Origin: Iphione sp. A-MEVVRFRX5
Taxonomy: Eukaryota
Direction: 5' to 3'
DNA: 64,000 bases
Assembly (NCBI GenBank): GCA_976226885.1
Contig: OZ320313.1
Location: 123,442,001-123,506,000 of the forward strand
Under the pieces are notes generated by a model that saw only the letters and a list, made by a program, of their open reading frames with translations, did no database searches and had not been told where the DNA came from. The number at the start of each line of letters is the position of its first letter. Position 1 is the first letter of the stretch. This document shows positions 38,201 to 49,077 of this stretch, one piece after another. A program made the translations under genes and the position numbers.

Positions 38201-39179
38201 ATGAAAGAGGCACAGTGGTAGCTTGTAGACTGCAGGTGATGCCACTCACAAACTTTCATCCACTGTTCTTGCTCACCGGGTTTTATGGTTTGAGAGGTGG
38301 TGCGTCAAGTTGGAAGGCTCAGGTTCCATACAGGCAATTGTTCAGCCGGCCTAAAAAATGTTTCCGATAACATTGATAAAATATAGAGGGCCAATGAGAA
38401 GGTGGCCTTTTTTGTTTTTCGTTTTTTTTTCAATGGTAAAGTAATTTACAGTTAGCTATGCCTAAGTAGAGTCGACAGATGCCTCATACACACCACAAAG
38501 AAAACCTATGCACAAGGTATTTTGTACATGTTATGCAGTCTTAGTCATCATATCCACTGTCCGTTAGTCATTTCCAAATTAAGTAGACCAGAACATCTGA
38601 AGATGGGCAAGGGTGACAAACACATTTAGTTTTGTTATACATACTAAGTAGTTGCATATGGGAAGAGATACCTGTACACTTAAAGTCATCTAGATGACAC
38701 ACTACTCATGTGTAGAAGCCTTCTGAAACAGAAGCTCTATTCCAGCCCTCCCCCCCCCCTCACCTTTACCCCAAGGACATGTGCAGCATCCAGCACTCCA
38801 TTTGTTGCTGTAGAGCCCAAATTCACTGGCAGTCAGTTGTGCCCCCATTGTCAAACCAACAATAGAATCCATACACTCAGATCAGTTAACATATCTATGC
38901 ATATCCTTCAAAAGTATTGCACTCACAGTGTGCCCTTCCTGCACTGCAGGCCAAGATAACCGCACCACCCTCAGTTGTTTATTGGCTACTGTAATTGCAC
39001 CTGGGAGGTTGCTCCAAGTGCATTCTGCACTGTAGCACAGTGACCTACCATAGAGGTAACCTTATGATTGGCAGTGCCTTCTCTTCCGGTCTTGGTTCTC
39101 TTTGACAAGGGAAGCAAACCCAGGTGTGCCTAAAAACAGATTTCCTGCACTCCCCTCAGATGAACTCTTCCACACATGG

Positions 39180-39390
39180 GACTCCACATCTGCTCATGAG
39201 CCTCTTCCTGAATGGCACTGATTACATTGCAGAGCCACTCTTGCATGCCAATTTATGTTTACCTGCAATTGGATGATGTCTGCATTGCTAGGTCCATACA
39301 AGATGGCAGCAGCGCAGTGTAGAGGTGGCAAGACCAGTGCCTTAAAAAGCATAAGCCATTATTTTGACCACTCTGGAACCTTCGGGAGCT
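39180..39390 (-). pseudogene. Decayed non-LTR RT C-terminal remnant
   Basis: Translation MLFKALVLPPLHCAAAILYGPSNADIIQLQVNINWHARVALQC resembles the CR1-group LYxALVLPHxDYC...LQxxQNxAARxxL segment. Confidence 0.45.
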
Positions 39391-40289
39391 GACCTCAGGG
39401 AGGTTAACCCCTTACCTCAGGATCCACCTCAGGATCCACACAGTTAGTTGTGGGTTCAAAGCTGGCCTACAGGCTGTAACCCTTGGGAGCTGGTTTGACC
39501 TGGACTAGCTACCCGCACACTAGGAGTAGAACTCAGGCAGGCTGAAAAGCCGTAACCCTGTAAAGGGGACCTGGAAGACCTGGTAAGAAGCGCCTGGTCT
39601 ATCATGAGTTTACCATAATGAGTTGAATCGTCACATTGGTGGTTTTACACCTACTGTCACCCTGTGCACTGGGGGGTGAGCAAAGTGCCGGTACATGTAG
39701 CATGAGTTAACTCCTCTTAATTGTCTTATGTTTTGCTCTTATTCCCTTTACCCTCTCATGCTGGTAGAGAGGATAAAGGAAATTTTTTTTTGACATACTC
39801 GGTAGCACACAGAGGTGAGAACATAGCCAACGTCAAAGCATATCCTCTTAATTGTCTGTTCAACATCATCTATCAATCATGTCATGGCTGAGCAAGCCCA
39901 CAGCACCACTACTGCTCCCTCAGGAGTCCAGACCTGAGGTAGCCTTCCAACAATATGGCCTGACAGGGGGCTAGGTGGGAGGCAACTACAGCCTATGTAA
40001 GAAAGGCTGTTGGCACTTCTGACATGGCCAAAGAGGTCACGTGGTACAATGGGACCCAGTACCAGTGTATCTGTCAGTGGGATTGTCTGCCACCAGCAAC
40101 AAGAATGGCAGGGGGGCACTGATCACACCCGTTTATGTAGTAGTGTGTACTCAGTGGTGGCTTTTGTGATGAATGAGGACATTCTCCCTTCAACTATATT
40201 GGTCACAGAAGGACCAGCCAGTTACAGGCCTGTCTCACTGGCAAAGGCAGGGAACCCTTTGGGTCATTGCCCAAAGCCCCCTGTCAAGT

Positions 40290-40536
40290 CAAGTCATTGA
40301 AGCAGCCCACAGTTTCTTCATGAGTGACTTGATGTCTTCATTCAAGCAGCTATCCACCGTGGAGCAAAGCAATCTCAAGGATTTTTCTATCCTGAGGTCA
40401 TTACATTCAAGAAATAAGTCCAAGGGCACTTCAGTGACCCTACACTTGGGCAAGTACATGCATTTCTGAGCACTCAGAACAAATCCATTAGGTGCACCCC
40501 ACTTTTCCAGACATCTCTTCATCAGTTTTGCCGTCT
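40290..40536 (-). pseudogene. Decayed non-LTR RT remnant (domains 6-7)
   Basis: Translation CLEKWGAPNGFVLSAQKCM...LFLECNDLRIEKSLRLLCSTVDSCLNEDIKSLMKKL resembles WxxxNxxxxxxxKxxxM...KxLGxxxDxxL...HIxxLxKKL. Confidence 0.45.
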
Positions 40537-40537
40537 G

Positions 40538-40817
40538 GGGCTGAATTTCCATAAAATTCACCATTTTGTGGCAAAATTTCCATACATTTTAGCTTTTATT
40601 GCTCGATTTCCATGAAATCTGCCAAATTTTGCCATCTGTTCACTGAGTTTGCCTGAAATTTGCTTATTTTGAATTTGCTTCAATTTCCCCGTTTTTCTGT
40701 CGTTTTTGTCATTTTCATGGCTGGGTTTTCATGCTGCAGATGATATGCTTTTGCCATGAAAAAGGCAAATAAGGCCATGAAAACCCAGCCGTGAAAACAC
40801 ACAAGGAGATTCAGCCT
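40538..40817 (-). mobile_element. MITE-like repeat, family B, copy 2
   Basis: Imperfect 13-bp TIR: GGGCTGAATTTCC (40538) and GGAGATTCAGCCT (to 40817). Homologous to 7926-8366 in opposite orientation. TSD unresolved. Confidence 0.6.
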
Positions 40818-43800
40818 TATATTGCTCTGTTCCCTGATTTTTCGTGTGGAAGGAGGGAGACAACTCTTCCCCTGCCAGGTGGTGCTCGACGAAATAATAC
40901 GTTTAAGTTCATTCCAGTGCATCTCTGAATGTGATCTTTAGGTGAGAATGAAAACGGTTTGATTTGAATTTCATACCTTTAAGTTGCGGACTTTCACTTT
41001 GCAGGAACTTACACTTGTACATTGTGAGGGGCCATGCATGGGGAGAAGCCAATATAAAAGGTTTACCCTGGATCAACCGAAGGCGCATCCTACTTAAATG
41101 CAGTGATCCCTCTATGACTGACACTTTTTGTTCCTTTAAATTTTGTCAGTTATATAGGAATTGTCGGTTTAGAGAACTATTTCAGCTAGTTCCCCCACAG
41201 TGTGTTGGTTAAGCAGTACATGTTGGATCAAAAGTAATTGGATTCTTGGGGACCACTGTAAAGTATTCCATAATGATATTAATGGATATTAAGTGTGAAT
41301 GTATTGCTATTTTCCATTATTTCTCCATGATATCTACACTTGATAAAAACAGGCTTAATTATAAATAATCAATCCGTTGATATCCGTATGATATAGAAAA
41401 CTAAATACAGTATAAGAAATGCAATCCCAGTGGGGTATAATTGAAGTACACAGTACATTCTTTCCGTTTTTGTTCAAAGATTTGGCCGCATCAGGAAACA
41501 TATCCACCGTAATTTAATCAGATTTGTTTATACACCGTGTCTTGGTTCCACGCACGATACACAAGCAGACGTAGCTGATATATACACTTCCCGGGAAACA
41601 TCCGGGCCCTTCGTATCTCACGAACACATCTGGCAACCCTTGCTGTCACGGAAGTTGATGTCCACTACGCTATATGTGATATGAATTATTGTGTAAGTGT
41701 AGTTCGTTTCGGTACATGCTTGGTCAACACAGATGAACTCACGCTGAACTCCCAATCTATGTATGCACAGTGTACATGACTGTATTCTTAAAGCGGGGAT
41801 CGAAAAGTTAAGGTATTTGCGTTTTCCAGGCGTTATAATGTCCCACACATGGCATATGTCGGAGGTATCAGTCGGACAAGTTGATAAATACCAATAAAAG
41901 ATAACCGATACATAGAGAGCAGTGAGGTAACAAGTGTGAGACCGTGAACAAGGTACGAAATATCTCCTGAACGGTGAGGAGCACAGGCACGCACACTCAG
42001 GCAAACGAGGCATAGAAATAGATCCAGCAGCATGTGGTCTGCCTACATACAAAAAGGTCAGATATATACGCCCGTTATCATGCATTGTCAGTAAGAATGC
42101 ACAATGCAGCATTCCACAACCCAAGATGCATTTCCCTAATGGCCGGATGCTGGTTTCCCGTACCTTATCTTTGGGTGTGCTGCCTTGGCTGAAGTCATCA
42201 CCTGAAATGGCGTGTTGGGTGTAATTCTTATCTATGAGAAGGCCACCTGGGCCAAGATCATCTTAGCATGTTGTAAGTGTGATGTCAACATGGGGACTAC
42301 ATTATGGGCCTGTTTTGGGTCCATTCATAAGGGCAAATATGATGCTAAAAGCGAACACACCCCTTTCCTTATTCCAAAACAGTGACATAATCTGCACTGA
42401 TAAGAAAATGTGAATGTACGCCAAAAACCAAGGTGACCCTCTTATATGTAGAGTAAGACGGCTGGCGGCTGAATGAACACCCGGCTATAAATCATGTAGC
42501 ACCTGCAGCATCAGCAGTTCCAGTAGTAGTGACAATGACTCTAATTCACACAGGCCAGAGTCCGTCGATGATAAAAAGTAGGACATGGAATACAGTGTCG
42601 GTGCCATCCAGCTACAAAGCAAATTTCATTTTTAAAACCTTTAGGTGGGGACACCTTTCACTCCCCGCTTCTCTCCCCCTCCCTCCCTATCTCCTGCTAT
42701 GTTCCCCTCCTCTCTTTATTTCTCTCTCTCTCTCCCCCCCCCCTCTCTCTCATTGTAGAACTGTGTGTATTACGATGAATGCACATGTACACTTTCTCAA
42801 AACTAGACAAATAGTGAATACAAATTCTTAGAATGTGGAGCGTAATCCGAAATTGCGCACATTGCCATTTGGCCCATACCATCCACACCCGTTTGTTTTG
42901 CATTTTAATTCTAAGTATCATCGGGCAATTTACGAGTGCTGGATATACACACGCTGCAGTATCTTTGTCATATTTGATCAAAGCAGAAGGTGCTAATTCA
43001 GACACAAAGGTGTGTATGTAATCGAGACTTGTTCTCTGAACGTTCGTAGACATGAAAACGCAGATTTGTCAGGGTAAACGCTTTCCTTTCGCTCACTGCG
43101 ATATCTCTTAGTATTATCTAAAACTCAATAAAATTAACTTGGCACAGGTACATGTACATACTGTATAAGAATCTGTAGATTAAAATTCCATAACCAGATT
43201 CTGTTCACATACCATCATCTCATTTCTCTAGTAAAATGGATCCTGCTCTGACTGAACAGTCTAAACATACTATACCGTGTCGTTTTTATGTGAATTTTTC
43301 AACTTTGGTCTCTGCATCTGGTTTTGAAAATCCCTCCTCCTCTTTCATTCAACAGCCACACGTACACGGCGTCTGGGATCGGACGGAAACAAATGAGCAC
43401 TCGTCTAGTTTAAAGGTCTAATCATCTCCATGTATAAAATACATAAATGAAAACTTACGATACGAAACTAAGGTTACTACCATAAGTGATACTGTTCCTC
43501 CCTTAGCAAGTATCATTACTTTTCCTACTCCTAGTTGTTTTATTCACTTTTCCTGTCTTTACTACAGGTGGGAATGACAGGATTCTCAAACTATTGTAGT
43601 ATCTCACAATACATGTATACCTTTTCTTTTCTTCATTTGTACTGTATATCGACATTGTCCCTTCTTAAGTATTTAGATTGGGTCCAGTGATACTTTGTAT
43701 TGTATAAGATATTCCTCATGATCCATCTCCTATACAGGAAGTAACATTTATTCATCAAAAAAAAATGTTTCATATAGCAGCATTCATTCCAAGGCCATTA

Positions 43801-45813
43801 ATAGATCTTTAATACCATGAACAGAATGTACTCGGGTCGTGGTTTTTAAATACATGTATAAAGAAGTAGGGCCCGTGCAGAAAATGCTGCCATGTGTTAT
43901 TATTTTATAAAGAAACATCTTTCACCTTTGCTCGTGTGGTGACATGACAAAGCAGAATCCAGAAAATCTTAGAAAAGCAAATACACCTCACGTTCTTAGA
44001 CAAGAATATAACTAGGGCAACCTCTCCGTCTCGGATGTCAGGGTTCAAGTTTACATTTCTTGGAACTAAATGAACATGTAGCATTAACATGCAAAACGCT
44101 TCTGTTGCCCATACACAGTTTTGTTCTGTCCGTTGTATTAGTGAGCCTGCCATCTACTGAGATAATCCTAAACCATCTGTTTACAGTCATTGCGCCATTA
44201 CTGAAAAGTGCAGTGGTATACATGTAAACATGTACATGTATTGGATGTGGGGGCCAGCGATTCGGAAGCATGCGTTAAGTTTTTCTCCTAATAACCCTGC
44301 ATATTTTGGTTTTATTGTAACATACAGGACTGACTGTATACATCTTGGGCCGAGCATAAAGATTTAAGGTCACACGCATGTGATAAAAGCTTTGATGACT
44401 GCTCCTCAACTAGACGGGTCCGCCGATTACCGTGTCACCAGGGTCAGATTTCAATAGGCCTGCCCCTAGCAGGTGGGGGGGGTATGATTGCACCCTGGTC
44501 GACCGCTTCATTTAGGACTGATGGACCCCGGCGAGCTCTCGGCGGACGCCCTCTGAACACCACATCTGCCGCCCTAGAGCACCATTTGTTACCTGGAAGC
44601 CCGGCCATATTGAACGCACTAAAGGAGGACCCAAGGAATTGGACCGTCATCACCTCGGCCCATCAGCCTTCAACTTGCTCGTCACCACCATGCCGAAGGG
44701 ACTCCGCTAGACAGATTACCGTCGGCATTAAACCCAACGTTACAGCCACCATTCAGTCTGCACCGCCAGCACAATTAAGGCCTAGAGCGCGTCCCAAGGT
44801 CGGCTCTGTGTGGAAGGTATGCATGGTCTGCACCGGGGGCGGGCGACCTCCTACCTGGTATGTCAGTCAGGTTCAATGTCACTACTGTTTAAGCTCACTC
44901 CTCTGGCACTGAACCATCCACACCCGCCTCGGTATCAGATGTAGAGCACTGAAAACAAATGTAGCGATAGCATTGGGAGAGCAACTACATTATAGGAAAA
45001 TTCTGAAATATTTATGGCGCGTCGGCCGAGCAATTCATTGTGAAATACGAGGCTGATGAAACAGGGAATTACATCTGGAATTTAGACTTAGCGCCTTCCA
45101 TCATTCTCAAGGGGATTATCGCTGAATATTGTACAGTGGTTGGCCAAAGCATATACAGCATGTAACTACATTTAAAATTCATGTGAAACCACAACTGTCA
45201 AGATACCCAATGGACCGATCTCCAAATTATATCATTACAACGTAAAATTACGTTGTTTACATTTTTCCATGGGTAGCCAGAGAGCGTGATTGACAATGTG
45301 ATCAGAGAGTTTTCAGAATGGTCCTAGAAAACCATGCTCATTTTCTTCCTTTGATCCTAAGCTTTCATTTGATATAAGTTTCACCAAAATAGGATTACTA
45401 GAAGCATGCGTTTTTGGCTAGTATAGTCTAGTATAACTGCAATAGACTTTCAACACTGTTGTAGAATGACCTATGACAGTACTAGGCTCTCCCCTAGTTA
45501 CACCGATTGGTGTAGTTCATTTTCCATTGTAAGGGCATAATTCAGCGATCAGTCCATTGAAAGATGGGGTGGAGCATTCAGTGAATCAGTTTCAAAGGGG
45601 GTCATTATAAAATGGCATTCCTTTTATGGAATACATTCCTAACACTGCTACATTGGATGGCATACAATGGCTTGAATTAGCACTGGTGAAAGTAATGGTA
45701 GATTAAAAGAAAAGCAGAGCATTTAGATCACAGAATATTTTCAAAGCATCCATTGTAATATTGAAATATATTTCTAATATAAGCCATATGTTTTTTATAT
45801 ATTTTTTTAAAAT

Positions 45814-45824
45814 CAAGATGGCGG
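45814..45824 (+). promoter_or_regulatory. YY1-type site at the 5' end of the LINE (internal promoter element)
   Basis: CAAGATGGCGG matches the YY1 consensus and sits where the AT-rich flank changes to the GC-richer 5' UTR, as in the human L1 5' UTR. Confidence 0.5.
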
Positions 45825-45972
45825 ACATGTAGAACGCACCAGAAGCGGCGGTGGCGGAAAGTTGTGATTTACAGTTGTAATTAGCTAGGATTTGTTGTAG
45901 TTCTTATGGAGAAACCCTCCAGAGAGTAAATACGACAGAGTTAGCATATAATAATAGCAATCACACTTGAAA

Positions 45973-47490
45973 ATGGGGAGAAAAACACGGAATTCTCCTG
46001 TGAACACAAGACACAATACGAAGACGCAGAAGCCGGGACAAAACCCAGGACCTTCCGGTGCGGACAATACGAAAATTGACGGGTCGCCCAAGGGTGGAGG
46101 CGGACAGGATCAGAGCTCACCGCATGGAAAAACGGATAAGTCTGATTACCCTACATATAACAATGAGAATACTGACAATGTTGGTACTAATCATTCTCAG
46201 AATATGAATAATACTTCTAGTACCCCCAGGTCCCCTAATGAAACGAAATCTAATGGTGATACAAATAATGACATCACTGTAAATCCAGTTAATACCGATG
46301 GAATTAAAAATGCGGAGGACTGCAAAAGCATTTTGTGTAGTATTTCAGACGCTTTAAATAAGATTACTGATTGTTTGAATGATGCTAGAAAAGAAATTCG
46401 TGACATTAAATGCACCCTTCAAGAGAATATTAAGGAAACAAAATCACTCAAAACTGAAGTAAACTCCATAAAAACTGACTTTAATGTTACAAAACAAGCG
46501 CTCAACCAACTAAAGGCGGAAAACTCTATTTTAAAAAGAAAACTTGAACATATTTCTGTTGAAAAAATCTATGATGATATTCAGGACCGTAGGAATAATT
46601 TAATTATCAAAGGGGCAGTTCGCAAAGAGGGTGAGTCTGATGTTCAACTTGGATTGAGATATTTGTTAACAATCAATCCTAATGTAAAAGCAGAAGATAT
46701 TGAGTTGGCCTACGTTGTATCACCTCAAGCAGGGGCAGCTTGTAATTTACTTATTTCATTCAAGGACATTGCTCTAAGGGATAAGATCTACAAGAATCGT
46801 AGAAATTTGATAAAGAATTTCAAAGACACATGGTTAAATGAAGACTTTCCGATTGAGGCGCAAAACATGTTGAGCGATCTAAGGAAACTAGTAAAGCTAG
46901 CTGTCAGCAAAGGGAAGAAAGCCACAACATATGGTCTAATCTTTATTTTGGAAGGAAGAAAATACAAGTACAATGAGCTCTATTTACTACCACCAGACAT
47001 TTCGGTTGAAATAGCGTCAACTATGACGACTACCTCCCATTACCTATTTGAATCGACCAGTCACCCTCTGTCCGTTGATTATGTAAGACAATTCGAGTAC
47101 AATGGCCAACTGTTTAGCACAATTCAACAGGCGGCAACCTCGGAACTAGCTACACGTGCTGGGCGCACCACACTTCTGGAAAAAATCAATTCTATCACAT
47201 ATTCTGAAGACTTAAAGAAAATAAGGGAAAGTCTAGTGAAAGAATTTAAGTTGGAAGATGAGCAAGGTAAGATTTTCAGGAGTATAATCAACCACTTAGT
47301 AGCACACAGTGAGCACTTCAAGTCAGCGCTCTCTCGGATCGGAAAAAAAGATCCGATCTTTGTAGCTCATGATCATGTACTCGGAACAGGGTCGAGTCTT
47401 CTGTCTGCCAAAACGAAAATGCATACCTGGACTGGAAAAAACATTATTGGTAACATCTTGAAAGAGATTAAACAACAGAAATTGTCTTAA
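45973..47490 (+). CDS. LINE ORF1p (L1-type coiled coil, RRM, CTD) fused to a C-terminal NADAR/YbiA-like domain
   Basis: First ATG at 45973 in good context (AAAATGG). Basic, disordered N-terminus; heptad coiled coil from ~46330; RRNNLIIKG (46588) and WLNEDF typical of L1-type ORF1p. The C-terminal ~150 aa carry F-S-T-S..LS, FEYNGQLFSTIQQA, HDHVLGTG and WTGKNIIGNILKEIK, matching the NADAR pattern. Confidence 0.85.
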   Translation: MGRKTRNSPVNTRHNTKTQKPGQNPGPSGADNTKIDGSPKGGGGQDQSSPHGKTDKSDYPTYNNENTDNVGTNHSQNMNNTSSTPRSPNETKSNGDTNNDITVNPVNTDGIKNAEDCKSILCSISDALNKITDCLNDARKEIRDIKCTLQENIKETKSLKTEVNSIKTDFNVTKQALNQLKAENSILKRKLEHISVEKIYDDIQDRRNNLIIKGAVRKEGESDVQLGLRYLLTINPNVKAEDIELAYVVSPQAGAACNLLISFKDIALRDKIYKNRRNLIKNFKDTWLNEDFPIEAQNMLSDLRKLVKLAVSKGKKATTYGLIFILEGRKYKYNELYLLPPDISVEIASTMTTTSHYLFESTSHPLSVDYVRQFEYNGQLFSTIQQAATSELATRAGRTTLLEKINSITYSEDLKKIRESLVKEFKLEDEQGKIFRSIINHLVAHSEHFKSALSRIGKKDPIFVAHDHVLGTGSSLLSAKTKMHTWTGKNIIGNILKEIKQQKLS

Positions 47491-47593
47491 CTCCCACTGT
47501 GAATTTATTGCTATCTGTCATGACTCTAATTATGTCGTATTTAAGTCTTTCTCATGCTTTGTTTTTGTTTTTGTGTTTGCTCTTCTACACTAG

Positions 47594-48268
47594 ATGGCAG
47601 CTGCAATGGAGCAAGGTTTACACGTCAAGAAAGTTCTCTTAGTCACTGACTCTCGTGGGTTTGGACTGGAGCAGCATCTGCAAAACCTGTCTGAAGGGGA
47701 ATACGAGGCACATACAGAGGTGTTCCCGGGTGGAAACATCAACAAGCTATGTGACTTTATTTATAACCTTCCTGATAAAAGATCCTATGATCTCATCTAT
47801 ATTCTAGGAGGTATCATTGACTTAATAAGGAGGAACCAAGAAACAAGGCACTCCTATCCGAAACTGGACGATATGGACGAACTATATGAGTCATTCAGCA
47901 CAATGCTTTCAGCTCACTTTAAAAACTTTTATGAAAACCCGTCCTATCCCAAGGTAGTCTGGTGCCCTTTGTCATCTATGGGATTTAATGCATACAATAC
48001 TTACAAGTGGCCAGACGATGTTATCCAGTTAGTTGATGATGAAACTCAATCAAAGTTCAATTCATTGATTAAGCGAATTAATTTCATGCTAATCAAGGCG
48101 AATGATGTGAATGGTGTCGTCACTCCCTGGATGGAGCCACCTGTCCATCGACACCAAAAGAACAAATATCGTACGTTTATAAATAAATTATTTGATGGCC
48201 TACACCCGTCAAGTGAAACCCTCATCTATTGGGCCAACCGTTTGCACAACTCTATCCTTAGGAATTAA
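47594..48268 (+). CDS. Stand-alone SGNH/GDSL-type hydrolase (esterase) of the retrotransposon
   Basis: Block I LVTDSRG (Ser 47651), block II FPGG, block III ILGGIID, block V DGLHP (Asp 48194, His 48203). Intact 224-aa ORF. Confidence 0.85.
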   Translation: MAAAMEQGLHVKKVLLVTDSRGFGLEQHLQNLSEGEYEAHTEVFPGGNINKLCDFIYNLPDKRSYDLIYILGGIIDLIRRNQETRHSYPKLDDMDELYESFSTMLSAHFKNFYENPSYPKVVWCPLSSMGFNAYNTYKWPDDVIQLVDDETQSKFNSLIKRINFMLIKANDVNGVVTPWMEPPVHRHQKNKYRTFINKLFDGLHPSSETLIYWANRLHNSILRN

Positions 48269-48392
48269 TGAGTTGGGCTATAGTGCGTAAAGGCATTGTA
48301 TTAGTCACAGTATAAGTGATGTTGACATGATGTGCCAATCCCAATTATAACAAAAAATAAAGAAAAAAAAATTTTTGAAGTGTCAGTACTAT

Positions 48393-48725
48393 GGTGTTAT
48401 TTATTTAACCCAGAACCATGCCCACAAATTACTTGTCCATCGTTAAGTAGGAGTTATTTATCTTAACCCTATAAACTGAGCTATGTACCTCCATGATCTA
48501 AGCAGGAATCAACAATCACGACCTGCTGAGCGCATAAGCCATAAGATGGACTTTAGTGCTATGTTAAGTTGTTAAGTTCAACTAACCTTAGCAAACATGG
48601 TGTTATTTATTTAACCCATATACTATACTCACAGAAGTATAAAATCAAAATACAGGAGTTATTTATCTTAACCCTGTTCGTGTGTCAAATGGTTATGAAT
48701 AGAAAGGAGTTATTTACATAACCCT
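48393..48725 (+). repeat. Array of five ~20-nt palindromic repeats in the inter-ORF spacer
   Basis: GGTGTTATTTATTTAACCC at 48393 and 48599; AGGAGTTATTTATCTTAACCCT at 48449 and 48654; AGGAGTTATTTACATAACCCT at 48705. Confidence 0.9.
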
Positions 48726-49077
48726 ATTCTAGTTATTATCATATGCACTAACAACATTGAATATATAATGTTGCTAACTGATAAATCAATGGCCAATCAT
48801 TAAGTATTAATGGCGTACTACTCACTACTGTTGATTGGTTATCATGATCTCTCAGACACGTGTATACTATACCTTACCTAAAGCTACCATCACTCAATCC
48901 TAGCCATAATTGTTATTGTGTCACCGCAGTTACTTTTTTGTCATATGATTCCTATGTTTTTCTATTTCTTCACTGTTATTACCTTTCTGATTATATTATT
49001 GATATTATTGTGTTTGCTTTATTTGAAGAGTGTCTTCTTGGACCTGGGCATAGTATCATCAATGTTTTGCTCACCTT

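Noticed and set aside
48393-48725. CRISPR array interpretation of the palindromic repeats
   Set aside because: Eukaryotic retrotransposon context, no cas genes, two alternating repeat types, irregular gaps (29-128 nt) and related spacers. Kept as an RT-linked repeat array instead.
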